A program made the position numbers and the translations under genes. Shown one piece after another: positions 14,691 to 27,795 of a stretch of DNA of 64,000 nucleotides (its first letter is position 1; the number at the start of each line of letters is the position of its first letter). The notes under the pieces are model-generated. The model was not told where the DNA came from. It did not search any database and saw nothing but the letters and a program-made list of their open reading frames with translations. The stretch lies in the NCBI RefSeq assembly GCF_009914755.1, contig NC_060936.1; one strand, 5' to 3'. The DNA comes from the human T2T-CHM13v2.0 reference genome, Homo sapiens.

Positions 14691-14769
14691 TAGTGTCATG
14701 TGGTAAATAGCTAATTGTTCTTCAATTTCATATAATCAATTGTTAGGCTCATTTAAAATGAGTAAAGGA

Positions 14770-15076
14770 TTTTTTTTTTTTTTTTTTTTTTTTGTGAGAC
14801 AGGATCTCGCTCTGGTCACCCAGGCTGGAGTGCAGTGTCATGCTCATGGGTCACTGCAGCCTCCACCTCCCAGGCTCAAGTGATCCTCCCACCTCAGCCT
14901 CTTGAGTTGCTGGGACTACAGGTGTGTGCCACCATATCTGGCTAATTTTTCATATTTTGTAGAGACACAGGTCTCACTATGTTGCCCAGGCTAGTCTTGA
15001 ACTCTGGCCTCAAACAATCCTCCTGCCTCGGCCTCCCAAAGTGATGGGATTATAATTGTAAGCCACTGCACCAGAC
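14770..15076 (-). mobile_element. AluJ-like element with T24 tail
   Basis: Reverse Alu; TSD-like taaaggat on both flanks. Confidence 0.9.
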
Positions 15077-15404
15077 TCTAAAGGATCTTAAGGAGTAATT
15101 GAATTAAGGAATTTCAGGCTCCATAATGGGCTGGGTTAAAGGAACTTTTAAAAAATAGGGGTGTGTGGGTGTGTGTGTGAGGGGACCTCCCAGCTTCACA
15201 TAAATCATGCACATAGTTTGCTTCTTTAATCTGGAAAATTGCCCCCTCAAAGGCCTTCCCAGGTCAATGTGTCTCAGCCAGAATAAGGTTGGAGGATAAG
15301 CTCGCAACAGGGCTATGTTGGACTCATCCCTGAATGGCTCATTTTGGTAAAAATGTTCATTATGTTGACTTCTCAGCTAACACTTTCAGATTGTATTAGG
15401 TTCC

Positions 15405-15570
15405 TTTTCTTAGATCCTGCACTGTGTTAAACGTGTCACTTGATTTTCTGTCATTTAACCACACAACGAGCCCTTGAGGTAGGTGCCATTATTGTATGCA
15501 CTTTGAAGATGAGGAAACTGAACTTCGGAGACATTAAGAAACTTACTAAAGGTTACACAGCTGATTGTGC
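15405..15570 (-). mobile_element. MIR SINE
   Basis: catttaaccacacaac...ccttgaggtaggtgccattatt...agatgaggaaactgaa...aacttactaaaggttacacagct. Confidence 0.7.
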
Positions 15571-15571
15571 C

Positions 15572-15961
15572 ACTTGCATGAAACACCAGGTATAGATGCT
15601 TAAAATTCCTCTGAAATGGAGCAGTAAATTGAAGAGCAGAACTGAAGCAAATATTTATAGTACTAGGGTCATTTCCTGGATGGCCAGAATAGTTTCTGAG
15701 TAAGGTCACTTTTAGAGGTTCCAAGAATGCCTCTGGTAGAATCTAAATGTCTGCTCAAAAGTCCACACCCTTTTCTTTTTTGTTTTCTGAAGTGGCTTCA
15801 GCAACTTCCACTTGACATAGGTGGTTTCATACACAAGTTGGGAATAACAGTGACAGAACTAAGTGACTTGGCATTTGTAAAAGTTATTCTCCTTACAGAA
15901 TTCTCAGCATATTTGAAATGCACCATCCTTGTAAGTATTTAATACACTTAGAATTTTATGG
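15572..15961 (+). repeat. Copy A of a diverged local direct duplication of about 390 bp (partner 17522-17911)
   Basis: Collinear shared blocks, e.g. ctctgaaatg, gtaaattgaa, gtcatttcc, atagtttctgag, agcaacttcca, ttgacataggtggt, taagtgacttgg, atttgaaatgcac, taagtatttaa. Confidence 0.85.
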
Positions 15962-17521
15962 ACTCAGAACTCAAACCAGTCCTATGACACTGCAAACCTG
16001 TTTCTCGCAGGTTGTTGGGGACATCTGCCAGGGTCTGGCATGGCAGAACCATGTCTCCATTCTGTGTGGTGATTTTTCCCTCTCTCCCAGGCCCCATGCT
16101 ATTCTCCTCCTACCCAAAGCCTGACCCTCGTGAGATACAGAATGAATGGAAATAAACACAGCTGGGCTGAGGCTTGAAAATCAATTGCCAGGGATGTGTC
16201 ACTCCGGTTTTTACTAGTTGCTAGCTTATCTATTTCTTGATTTTTTTATTTATAAAATTGCACCCTTTGTGATTCATTTGCTCTGAGTGTAAGTACACAG
16301 CTAAACAGAGACCCTAAAACAAAACAGCTCCAACAGAGGACTAGCATATCTGAAAAATGCAATCACCAGCTCAGCAGGCACATTCAATTTGGGTGAGCTT
16401 GTGAATATTCTACTCAGCTCTATCAGAGAGACAGAGAATTTTCTCCTTTTACATGGAGTGGTGTTGATTCTAACCTTCTATTCTCATCGAAGCAGAGAAG
16501 GGCATTTTTTTTTTTTTTTTACCCTCCTCTTCCTGCTTATACTGCCAAGTACTACATGATGTCAAAACAAAACCCTCTGGGACTGAGATTCAGTACTGTG
16601 CAGTGCATTTTAAGATATTTGAGTAGATACATAAATATGGAATGGATGTGCCTTGGAATGAACATATTGGATTTCCAAGCCAGCATCTCACTTCTTAGGA
16701 GGTCTTCTCAGTTTCCTCTTTCACTAGATGACTCAGCCATAGGTCTGCAAAGAAAAAGAAAGAGACAGATGATCAGAGACTAATAAGGGTAGACTGCAGA
16801 CTTGGAGTAGAGCTGTTTTGCTGCCCTGCTTCTCGCGTCCTAGTGCTCAGTACTGTGCGCACTAGGGCTTCTCCACTTGCAGGTAGCTGTGACAGTTTAG
16901 CTTTGTGTCTGAGCTAGGGGTTTACTGATGCTGAGTTTTTCCTAAGAGGCATTTGCAATTATTGCAACTTGCAGAAAAATAACTGGGGTGGCTCTACCTC
17001 TCCACCTTTCCAGAAATTTCAGTTGACCTTAGCATTTCTCATTTCATGAGAGAAGAGGCATGATTTATGGATCCTGCTTGGTTTCAGAATGTAGCTTAAA
17101 GGAATACATTACTAAAGGAGTTGTGAGTGCCACATTACCTATTTTTAGATAGGCGAATCTTAATTGGAAGCATAACAAGTAGAAGGTAGAGGAAGAATGG
17201 AAGGGAAGGTTATGCTTTCTTAACAGGGAAAAAAACTTAATTGGGGGGGGCGTTGCAAGTTTTTCTTTTTAATGATGTTTTCCTCATCAATTTCATTGGC
17301 AGGTGGTCACCTTGATGAATTGTAGGCTCTACTGTGATGTGAAACCAAGCTTTAATTTTTTTCCTTTCGCTGCCCTTTTGAGAAGAGGCACCTTAGAAGG
17401 CAAATATGTTTTCTCCCTGACTGAGCTAATTTTATCCCATTCCATTATCTTCCATTGATTTGCTTTCTCAGGTTTTGAATGAAACTGAGATATATGTGGC
17501 TGTTTGGGTACTTTGTGACTC

Positions 17522-17911
17522 CTGCATAAACACTAGTTGTTGATGCTTTAATTTCTCTGAAATGAAGCGGTAAATTGAAAAGTAGAACAAAACCAAATAT
17601 TTGTAGTACTGGGGTCATTTCCCAGATGAATAGGATAGTTTCTGAGGAAGGTCATATTAGGGATTTTTAGAGTGCTTCTCCTGTAGAATTCAAATATCTT
17701 TCTCTGCCCAAGATGCCACGTCTTTTCTTTTTTAAAAAATCTGCTTAGCAACTTCCATTTGACATAGGTGGTATCACACACAGGTTGAAAACAAGACCAA
17801 TAGAATTAAGTGACTTGGGTTTTTATAAAGTTATCCTTCTCTTTACAGAAGTCTTAGTGTATTTGAAATGCACAGTTCTTATAAGTATTTAAAATACTTC
17901 AGGCTTTATGG
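17522..17911 (+). repeat. Copy B of the local direct duplication (partner 15572-15961)
   Basis: Same ordered blocks as copy A, offset by about 1950 bp. Confidence 0.85.
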
Positions 17912-18394
17912 GAGAATCATTTTCATGCCAAGTGTTTCTCTCTACCTGAAGCGCAGCTCAGTGGCTGAAAGGAAGGGAGCCTGAGAGTTGCAAAGAAAGA
18001 CAAAAGGGAAAATTGATTTGGAAAAGGTTTCTCCTTTTTGCTTTTTGGGCTTGGTGGGTTTTTTAGATGTGTGTGAATGCCTCAGTAGGATGTTGTCTGA
18101 TTATAGCATGGCTCCCACAGCTGTGGAAAACATTAACGCAGTATGGTCCTGTATCACTTACTGACAAGGACAACAGTTGCACCAAATTCTAATGTATTTC
18201 ACAGGGAAAGAGGTATGAGTATTTTTACTTTAAAATGATTTTCATGAACATGAAGGATTCGAATTACTTCCACAAGTCCTGCTTGAGAGGTGAATGGATT
18301 TATATGGAACAGTGCTGTTTTGTCATCTCCAGACCTGTTTCCAACCCTGCAGGGAAGTGATGAAATTTTATTCATTTTTATACACCTGGAGGAA

Positions 18395-18790
18395 GAGAAT
18401 CAACTATATTGAGTACCTATTAGGCACTAGGCACTGGCCAGGATGTTTTACAGATGACCTCTCATTTGATCCTCACGATGTGAGAAGTCTTATTTCCCTC
18501 AGTTTCGAATGAGGAAACGGAGGCCAAACCTTGATGCTAGGTACATATTGGGTACTCAGTACCTTGTACTGATGTGTATTGGTCAAGAGTGGGGTCTCTA
18601 GAGCTAGCCTTCCTATAGCTGAGTCCCCACTATTGTACTTACTAGCTGTTTGATCTTGGACAGATTATTACATTTGTAAGCCTCAGTTTCTTCAACAGTT
18701 AAGTGAGGACATGAATAGTCATTTAGTCACTCTGTGGGATAAGCATTATATGACATAATCCATGTAATGAACTATTATAGTATTGTTATT
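18395..18790. mobile_element. Two adjacent MIR fragments in opposite orientations
   Basis: tattgagtacctattaggcactaggcact...gaggaaacggaggc (-) followed by tacttactagctgtttgatcttggacag...agcctcagtttcttc (+). Confidence 0.6.
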
Positions 18791-20151
18791 GTCACAGTGA
18801 AATGGGTGGGTGAATAAATGAATGCTGTTATTAATTTGCACAGGACCATGAGCTGTAGGATAATCACGCTTCTTCATCTATCACTCTGAAAAAGATAGGG
18901 CCTAGTAGTTAGCTGTGTTCTGTCTCTTTCAAACAAGGTGCAAGATGTATCTGATTAAATCTGTGACTCTTCATTCTTTGTGAATCTTCATTCTAGTGGC
19001 CCAAGACTGTTAGCTGCTATTGGCGACTGGGAATTTCAGCTCTTTTCTGTATCAAGTTCTTTGAGCTCAAGCTCCTTGTGTATGTTGAGCGTGCACATAT
19101 TGATGGATGTTAGATCCATTGTTGTTGCTGTTGATATTTAATTTCATGATAGTTTTTGCAGATGAAAATCACTTCTCTAGAATATGAAGAGGACTTTCTG
19201 CAAGGTGAGAAAATAGTGGGAAGCCCTATCCTGTGGTGCACAGGACAAATAAAAACAAATAATTTCTAGGAGTTAAATCTTTGTTCTCCCTGAGGCTCCT
19301 TAGGTGCAGTAGTTTATTTTCATTACGTCTCTTGTAAAGGCAGCACCAATATTAACAACGCGAACAAAACAAACTAATGTTTTTGTTTGCTCCCATCTGA
19401 AAGTTCCTTAAGGCCCGTAGACTCATTTACGAAAATTCATGTGTGCAAAACTCATTTGCAAAAGCAAATAAAATATGTGATCGCAAATGCTCTTTACCTG
19501 ACTGGCCTAGGGGACTAGCTGAAAATGCGTTTATGCCTTTATGTTTACTCTATGGCGTGGCTTAGCAGTCGTGGGGCTCCTAACCTCCTCTACAGATGAG
19601 TCCCCGTCAAGCCACGTATGTCAGATGACTTGAATGTTTTGAAATTCAGGCATCATTTAGATGGTTGTTAAGTTGCTGTACTGATTTGTGAGTTTTTGTT
19701 TGTAAAAAAATATTATTAAATCATTGTGCTCTGTAGCCTTGGAAATGTTTTTGAAGTTCATTCATTACAATGTTCAGCCAAGGAAACATCTCTGTATTTA
19801 GTTAAGTTCGGACTTTTCTGTCCCTTTGGGTTTACATATGCTGCTTTCTTTCCTGGTGAAAATTTTGGTTACAAGTGTGACTGAGTGATGATGTCTAGAT
19901 AAGGGTCAGGAAAACTGAATTGAGAAAATTAGAAAAAAGAAACCCTTATATGTAAATTGTACATAGGAATAATTGGAAGCTACCAGAAAGTTTGTTACAA
20001 TCCTGAATCTTTGCTTTTTGCATAGTAATTGAAATATATGAGGCAAGACAAATACATACCTGCCAGACTCTCTGAGGCATAACTATTTTTTCCCTAACAT
20101 TTAAATCTGTGTTTTGCTTTAGGCTGATTGATTGATTTACTCACTTAATAA

Positions 20152-20507
<356 letters not shown>

Positions 20508-20661
20508 TAATATAGTACTAGGTAACACTATGGTTACTGGCTAAAAATGAGAGTCATCAATTACTGATTGAAATTTCTACACACCTGGTGTGACACCTCA
20601 GTTGTGAGACATGCAACAAATGCTTGATAAGAGTTAATTATAAATTTTGTGATGATGAATT

Positions 20662-21856
20662 TTTTTTTTAACTTTTACTTTAGGTTTAGGGGTACATGTG
20701 AAGGTTTGTTACATAGGTAAACACATGTCATGGGGTTTTGTTGTACATATTATTTCATCACCCAGGTGTTAAGCCTAGTACCCAATAGTTTACTTTCCTG
20801 CTCCTCACCCTCCTCTCACCCTCCACCCTCCAGGAGACCCCAGTGTCTGTGGTTTCCTTCTTTGTGTTCCTAAGTTCTTATCATTTAGCTCCCACTTACA
20901 AGTGAGAACATGCAGTATTTAGTTTTCTGTTCCTTCATTAGTTTGCTAAGGATAATAGCCTCCAGCTCCATCCATGTTGCTGCAAAAGACATTATCTCAT
21001 TTTTTTATGGCTGCATAGTATTCCATCGTGTATATGTACCACATTTTTCTCATGCAATCTGTCACTGATGGACATGTAGGTTGATTCTGTGTCTTTGCTA
21101 TTGTAAATAGTGCTGCAGTGAACTTCCGCATGCATGTGTCTTGATGGTAGAATGATTTATATTCCTCTGGGTATATACTCAGTAACGGGATTGCTAGGTT
21201 GAATGGTAATTCTGCTTTTAGCTCTTTGATGAATGGCCATACTGCTTTCCACAATGGTTGAACTAATTTACACTCCCACCAACAGTGTATAAGTGTTTCC
21301 TTTTCTCTGCAACCTTGCCAGCATCTGTTATTTTTTTGACTTGTAAATAATAAACATTCTGACTGGTGTGAGATGGTCTCAGTGTGGTTTTGATTTGCAT
21401 TTCTCTAATGATCACTGATGTTGAGCTATTTTTCATATGATTATTGGCTGCATGTATGCCTTCTTTTGAAAATGTTCATGTCCTTTGCTCACTTTTTAAT
21501 GAGGTTGTTTTTCTCTTGTGTTAGAAACTGCAATTACTTTTGCACCAATTTAATAAATTGGTTTAAGTTCCTTATAGATGCTGGATATTAGACCTTTGTC
21601 AGATGCATAGTTTGCAAATATTTTCTCCTATTCTGTAGGTCATCCATTTACTCTGTTGGTAGTTCCTTTTGCTGCGCAGAAGCAGTTAAGTTTAATTAGA
21701 TCCCACTTGCCAATTTTTGCTTTTGTTGCAATTGCTTTTGGTGTCTTTGTCATGAAATCTTTGCCTGTTCCCATATCCAAGAGGGTACTGCCTAGGTTTT
21801 CTTCTAGGGATTTTATAGTGTTGGGTTTTACATTTAGGTCTTTAATGTATCTTGAG
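20662..21856 (-). mobile_element. 5'-truncated old L1PA element (3' UTR plus ORF2 C-terminal remnant)
   Basis: Poly-T then ttaggtttaggggtacatgtgaaggtttgttacataggtaaac; ORF 20997-21254 (-) translates to L1 ORF2-like sequence (MWYIYTMEYYAAIKK); TSD tgatgaatt at 20653-20661 and 21857-21865. Confidence 0.93.
21525..21553. mobile_element. Half MADE1 / Hsmar1 terminal inverted repeat inside the L1
   Basis: aaactgcaattacttttgcaccaatttaa followed by ta matches the MADE1 end and interrupts the L1 sequence. Confidence 0.7.
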
Positions 21857-22226
21857 TGATGAATTCCTTTAAAAGGTTACATTAGATTAAAAATAAGGTT
21901 ATTCTTATAATAATGTTAGAATAATGTCAACCTCAGTCTTCTATATTCTTAGGTGCTTTCTTGAATAAGAAGGAAAGGGGATAAATTACAAATAGCTCTC
22001 TGGAAATTATGCCAAATTCAGGGTATATTTATTGAGGAGTGCAACAAAGGCATCTGAAAAATCAAGAAGGAACAAGAGACCACTAGCCTTGATGTTCCCA
22101 TAATCTTTCTTCAAAGGCCCTGTCTAAATCTTTTTTTTTTTAAAGGATTCTGTGGTTTTATTGATTCAACACCATAAGTTACACTTTAGAAATTAAGGTA
22201 TAGTTTACATACAGTAAAATTATACA

Positions 22227-22271
22227 TATTTTATTATACTTTAAGTTCTGAGATACATATGCAGAACATGC
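22227..22271 (-). mobile_element. Stub of an L1PA 3' end, about 45 bp
   Basis: tattttattatactttaagttctgagatacatatgcagaacatgc matches the extreme 3' end of L1PA, then stops. Confidence 0.7.
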
Positions 22272-24881
22272 CAATGAGCTGCTAATTTCTAATGAGTTGC
22301 AAAGTTGATGCATTTAAGCTCTTCTTTGTTTTCTCCAACCGCCAGGTAGAAATGTCAATCAAGGCAGAAACACCAAAGGTGGGGAAGGAAAGAAAAGATG
22401 AGAGGGACAGTCTATTCCAGGCAGATAAACATCTCTTGAATAAGTGAGGCATCTCCTGCCCTAAGGAACATGTAATGAAATAAAATAGTAAATGAGTTCA
22501 TTCTTAACTATTTCTATCAGATTCACCCATTCCCTTACCCAATTCTCTGTTATCTTCTGCTCTGTTTGCTCCTTGCCACTGAGAAAATCCGGCTGTTTTC
22601 AAAGAACACAATTGGTGTTGTGATTCAGACAGTCTTGCCATCTTGATGTAAATACTATCAATTGCAGCCTGTCACATCTTCCTCCAATGAATAAGTGAAT
22701 TGCTTCCCCACACTGAAGTTCTTCTAAAGATAACACAAGCTGAGAAACTGCATCTCATATTATGAATTCTAGCAGCAAGGACTCCAGGAGGCAGCCAGGA
22801 TATAGCATCACAACAGAGTATTTTCCAATTCCCCTAATTAAAAAAAATGTGTAAGAAAAATAGCTTGCTGTTGGACCGCTGGAGGAGAAGATCAAATAAT
22901 AGTTAAACAAAATGAAATCATTGTTGCTTATTCATCTGGCTGTAGAAAGAACTTCCAAAATTTCAGTCTCAGTGGGGTATATGTCCCTGAATTTCTGAGT
23001 CAAAAATGTGTTTGTTAAACAACTTCAGTCTAATAAGCTCAGGACTCACACAAAATAACTGTATCTATACCTGCCCTCAATTAGATTTGTCTATGCACTT
23101 TCCACTCCTTCTTCTCTGCAGGCACAAGGCTGGTTTTTCAGAATCATCTCCTTTTCTCTAGGAAGAGTGGGGTTTAACCATACAGGCAGACAGATGCCTC
23201 CCACAGCCTTCAATATTCTCAAAGAAAGTTCTTAGTCATCTCTGAGTAACATAATCCACCAGAGAGTTTTCCCTGTTTTCAAGTTGACATCCCCATGGTG
23301 ACCATTTTAGCTTCTTTCTAGTACTGCCGTCGCTGAACACTGGTTCCATATCGATGCTCATACAATCTTAGTTTGCCATTCTTTGACAAGAAGGCAGAAT
23401 CTACAGTGAATGGAAACTACTGAAAGTCCCATTTGTTTTTCTCCAGTAAATTAAGAACCTGTGAATTATAATTTTGGTGGTTGTTGAGAATGCTGTAATC
23501 CTAACAAATTCCATATAAATGCAGGAGACTTTCTAGATATCCAATTATAATATTTACATATAATTAGTCTGTTGAGGAGTATTATCTTGTAGCAACATAA
23601 AATGGTTTTATTTTTCCCACTCTTTACTTTCAACTGTATTGAGTTGAATTCTACTTTCCTGCTGGGAAGCAAGTTCCTTAGCAACATCTAATTTCCTGTC
23701 ATTTTCAATTATTAGTATAGTCTCATTTGGGTATTTAAGACCTGGTCTTTTTCATTTAAAAAATATTAATCTCAAACTTGATTCAAAGTGTATCCTCCCT
23801 CTCCCGCAGTTATTTGGAGTGAATGTGTGTGGATGTGCATGTGTTTTTTGGGGAGTTCTCTGGTTCTGAGACACTTTTCCTTCCCTTCTCTAAGACCTAT
23901 TTCTTCTAGAGTTGGGGGCTGCGAGGAGGGAGGGAGGAGGCTGAGGCCCTTTTACATGCTTGCTGGAATGTCAGTGGTGAGTAGGTCTCAGGCCACACTC
24001 ACCCTGGTTCTGACAAATCCCTTTCGATAGAGTGTTCTCTGCTGAAATGGTGTTAGGCATAGTTTTCCTGGGGGAGACCACTCCCTCACCTCCACAGCTG
24101 CAGAAATGTGCTCTGCCTCCCTTGGCCTTGTCAGTGACATACCATAGCTGGGGCAGCCCTCAGAGCTTCTTCATGACGGTGATGGGGACCACTGTGGTGT
24201 CTTCTGCCTCCTGAGAACTGAGCAGAACTGGATGGCGTGGGACTTTTCCATCTTTCTCGCAGGCACACCACATTGGGTCCCACATAAATGTCTAGACTTT
24301 GCTGGGCATTAGACTTCATGTTCACGTGAACCTCAAATTTCAGAGGACGTATGTCCAGGCTCCCTGTGGTACACCATCCTCCCAGGCCTCCAGACACTCT
24401 CCCAGGGACTGTCGGTCCCCTGCTCTGAAGTGGTGGCAGCACCTGGAGGCCTGGATCCTGCTGCCCAGTAAGGGTCCGGTTGGGAAAGAAAGTGCCCTAC
24501 TCCACTTCTCGCAGGTGCGCTCTCAGGGAGCAGCCTGCTGTCTTGACTTTGAGAGGAGGAAAGAAACTGCCCTTTCCCTCAAACACTGACCTCCTCACAA
24601 TGCTGAGCATCTCTGATTCCCTAGTAGGCTGGTGGATGAGGTCTGGGGAGAGTGTGGTACAGGTGGTACAGGAGGAATTTGTTGGTGATAGGGCCATTTG
24701 TGCTGCCTCTCACCAAGCCCTGTAAGGAGATGGTTGGCTTCAGCTGCTGGGGAATTTCTCTAGAATGTGGAGTCCTTACGTAACTTTAGTTTTGGACCAG
24801 AGCGTAGTTGTAGGATGTTTGGAATATGACTTCTGTTATATATATACATTACAACATAGGCCCATAGAAAGATGCATAACG

Positions 24882-25246
<365 letters not shown>

Positions 25247-25694
25247 TCATACGTGATTTACAAAAAACCCACTAACCCATAACAAATTCAAAGAAATACA
25301 ACACATTCTGATTTTCCTCATGACTATGATTTTTTTCTCAAATGTCAAATTTCAAAGTCCTAAAAAAATGTGAGTGCCCTGCATTCCTGGTGCCCCAAAC
25401 ACATGTTTGTTTTGTTGAGGAGCCAGGTAAAACCTCACAGTCTTACTGGGAAGGTTAAATGAGTGAATAAAGATGAAAGTACTCTTTGTGATCTACAAAT
25501 ATATCCTACTATGACATATAATTGTATATGAGATTTTCTACATATGAATACACATACCTATAAACCTTATTTTAGTTTGGTATGTGAAAAATAAGTTGGG
25601 ATGTGAAAAATCAATTTTACTCCATCAGTCTGGAGTACAATTTTTCATTTAATTTGTGTATACTAATCCATTAAGATTACAGCCAGTCTTCAGC

Positions 25695-25900
25695 TAGACT
25701 GACTAGGTTTTAAGCCTGAATCCATGATTTTAGACAAGCAGCTTAATTTCTCTGAGCCTCACTTTCCTCATCCATAAAATGGAGATAATAACAGTATCTA
25801 CCTCATGGAATTGTGAGAATCAAATGGGCCAATTCATATAAAAACACTTAACCTTAAACATATGCCTGGCACATAGTAAGCTCTCAAATATCAGCTGTTA
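25695..25900 (+). mobile_element. MIR SINE
   Basis: cttaatttctctgagcctcactttcctcatccataaaatggagataataacagtatctacctcat...tgcctggcacatagtaag. Confidence 0.8.
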
Positions 25901-27599
25901 CTGTATGCTTGTATTAACTACATAGAAAAATGGAAAATTTCTGATTTTTTCTGTATTTTGGATATTTTCAACAGAAACGAAGTAGATAAAACTAGTATTT
26001 ACTTTGAGATCAAATTGATTTTTAAATATTTACCTTAAAGAGTTACCTGGGGTGTGGGGTTAGAGTGGTATGAGAAATCTGTTGATATGACCGGAGGCCG
26101 ACTTACTTGGGTTTAGGGTAGGAGCAGTGCATTGCACCGGTTTTTAACTCAAAGAGCAGGACAAGTTATCCAGGAGAGACAAACAGAACAGTTGACAACA
26201 TACATGACCACTCATATTCCCAAGACTGCGAGGCTGGAAGTTCATTATTAAGTAACAGACCTGTATAACTCTTTCTTCCTATCCTAATTTACACTTGATC
26301 TCATTCTGCCTGTTGAATATTCAGGTCCCCTCTGAAGTGCTGCATGTTTGCAGATTGATGTTGAAGGGAAAATTTTGACCTAACGATTCTTCTCAAGTGG
26401 CTTCTCAATATTTCCTTTATTGTCTCAGCCTCATTGCTTTCCTACCTTCTGATCATGCACAGCCCTTATTAGCTTTACTGGCTTACCCAACTCAAACAGA
26501 TTTAGTTGAATTTTCTGGAACCAGAGGCAGACCATTTATATACTTATTTCCTTACATCTTTTCTATTTTTGTCTTTTCATTTCAAGCTTTCATTCTAAAT
26601 TCATCACAGGTGTGAGGTCTTAGAAGCCTTGATCTTCCCAGCAAATATTTGCCAGGTTGTAATTTTTTATTTGTTATCAACAGCCAAATTTAAACAAGGC
26701 TAATCTTGCTCTAATTTGGTTTGTGGAAGACCTAGTCTTGGTATTCAGAGAAAGCAAATGTGAATTTCTGTTTTTTTCTTCAGTATGTGTTATTCCCTTA
26801 TCCCTCATGTACTGCAATTAATTTTTTTTAAACAAAAATAATTTGGGGGCAGGAGAAACTCCATTTGGACCTGAACTTTAAACAGAAACTATTTTGCCGA
26901 GAACACTGAAATATGTAGAGGGTTGGGGAGGAGGAAGGCAGCTAGGGGATCTGTTTGATAGCCTATTCTTGTTATAGTCCTCTATCTCATTTTTCTCTAC
27001 CTCAGGGGTGCTACTGAATGATCCTAGCTCATTGAAGATGCCCCTCTCACTGCAGCAACCCTGAGTGACAGTTGCTGTCTATGCATGGGTTCCTGTAGTG
27101 ACCACCTGCTACAGGCTGGATTTGTAGATTGCAGGGGCACAACTCCTAGTTTTACGTGCATATGTTTGGACTTCCATATGTTGTACGTGTATATTTGCTA
27201 ATTGCAGAGGCAGAATTTCTGACACATGGCCAGGGTGGGAAGTGAGGGCGTGCTGCAGGTGGCTGTTGAGTATGTCATGAGAGGTTTTCTCAAATCCTGA
27301 GTTTCAGAATAGGTATCTTAATCAGAGGCTAAATTCAGATTTGGGTCCCTCAAGCAATAGCTTACAAAAGCACATGTTTGTATTCTCCTCCTTCTACCCA
27401 TCCCTGGTTGCAGCACGAGGTATATTCCTTGCCTGTGGCTGCTGGCTGCTATTATATTAGAGCACCAGTTTCTCCTGACTTTCTTTTTGTCGGAACCTGC
27501 AGGTCTTTACCTGGCCAAGAAGTCTCAACTCAAGTTGTGCCTCCTCCAGGAAGCTCTCTCTGACTACTTCAGTCCAGCACGGTGTCTCAATATTCTAAA

Positions 27600-27795
27600 C
27601 CAGTCACTAGTACACTACTGTTTATGGGCCAAATAAAGACAATTTTTATTAAAATACACCTATATCCATTTGTTATTGTGCATGGTTGCTTTTGAGATAT
27701 AGTGGCAGAATTGAACAGTTGTGACAGAGACCATATGACCCACAAGCCTAAAATATTTACTTTTTGGCTCTTTACAGAAAAAGTTTGCTGACCTC
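27600..27795. mobile_element. MER58A-like hAT-Charlie element
   Basis: gagaccatatgacccacaagcctaaaatatttactttttggctctttacagaaaaagtttgctgacc. Confidence 0.75.

Noticed and set aside
20997-21859. ORFs with protein-like sequence in this interval
   Set aside because: Degenerate L1 ORF2 remnant and its antisense; not an intact element.
23900-24760. Locally GC-richer stretch with several short ORFs on both strands
   Set aside because: Not CpG-dense enough for an island, and no recognisable protein, repeat or exon structure; function cannot be supported from sequence alone.
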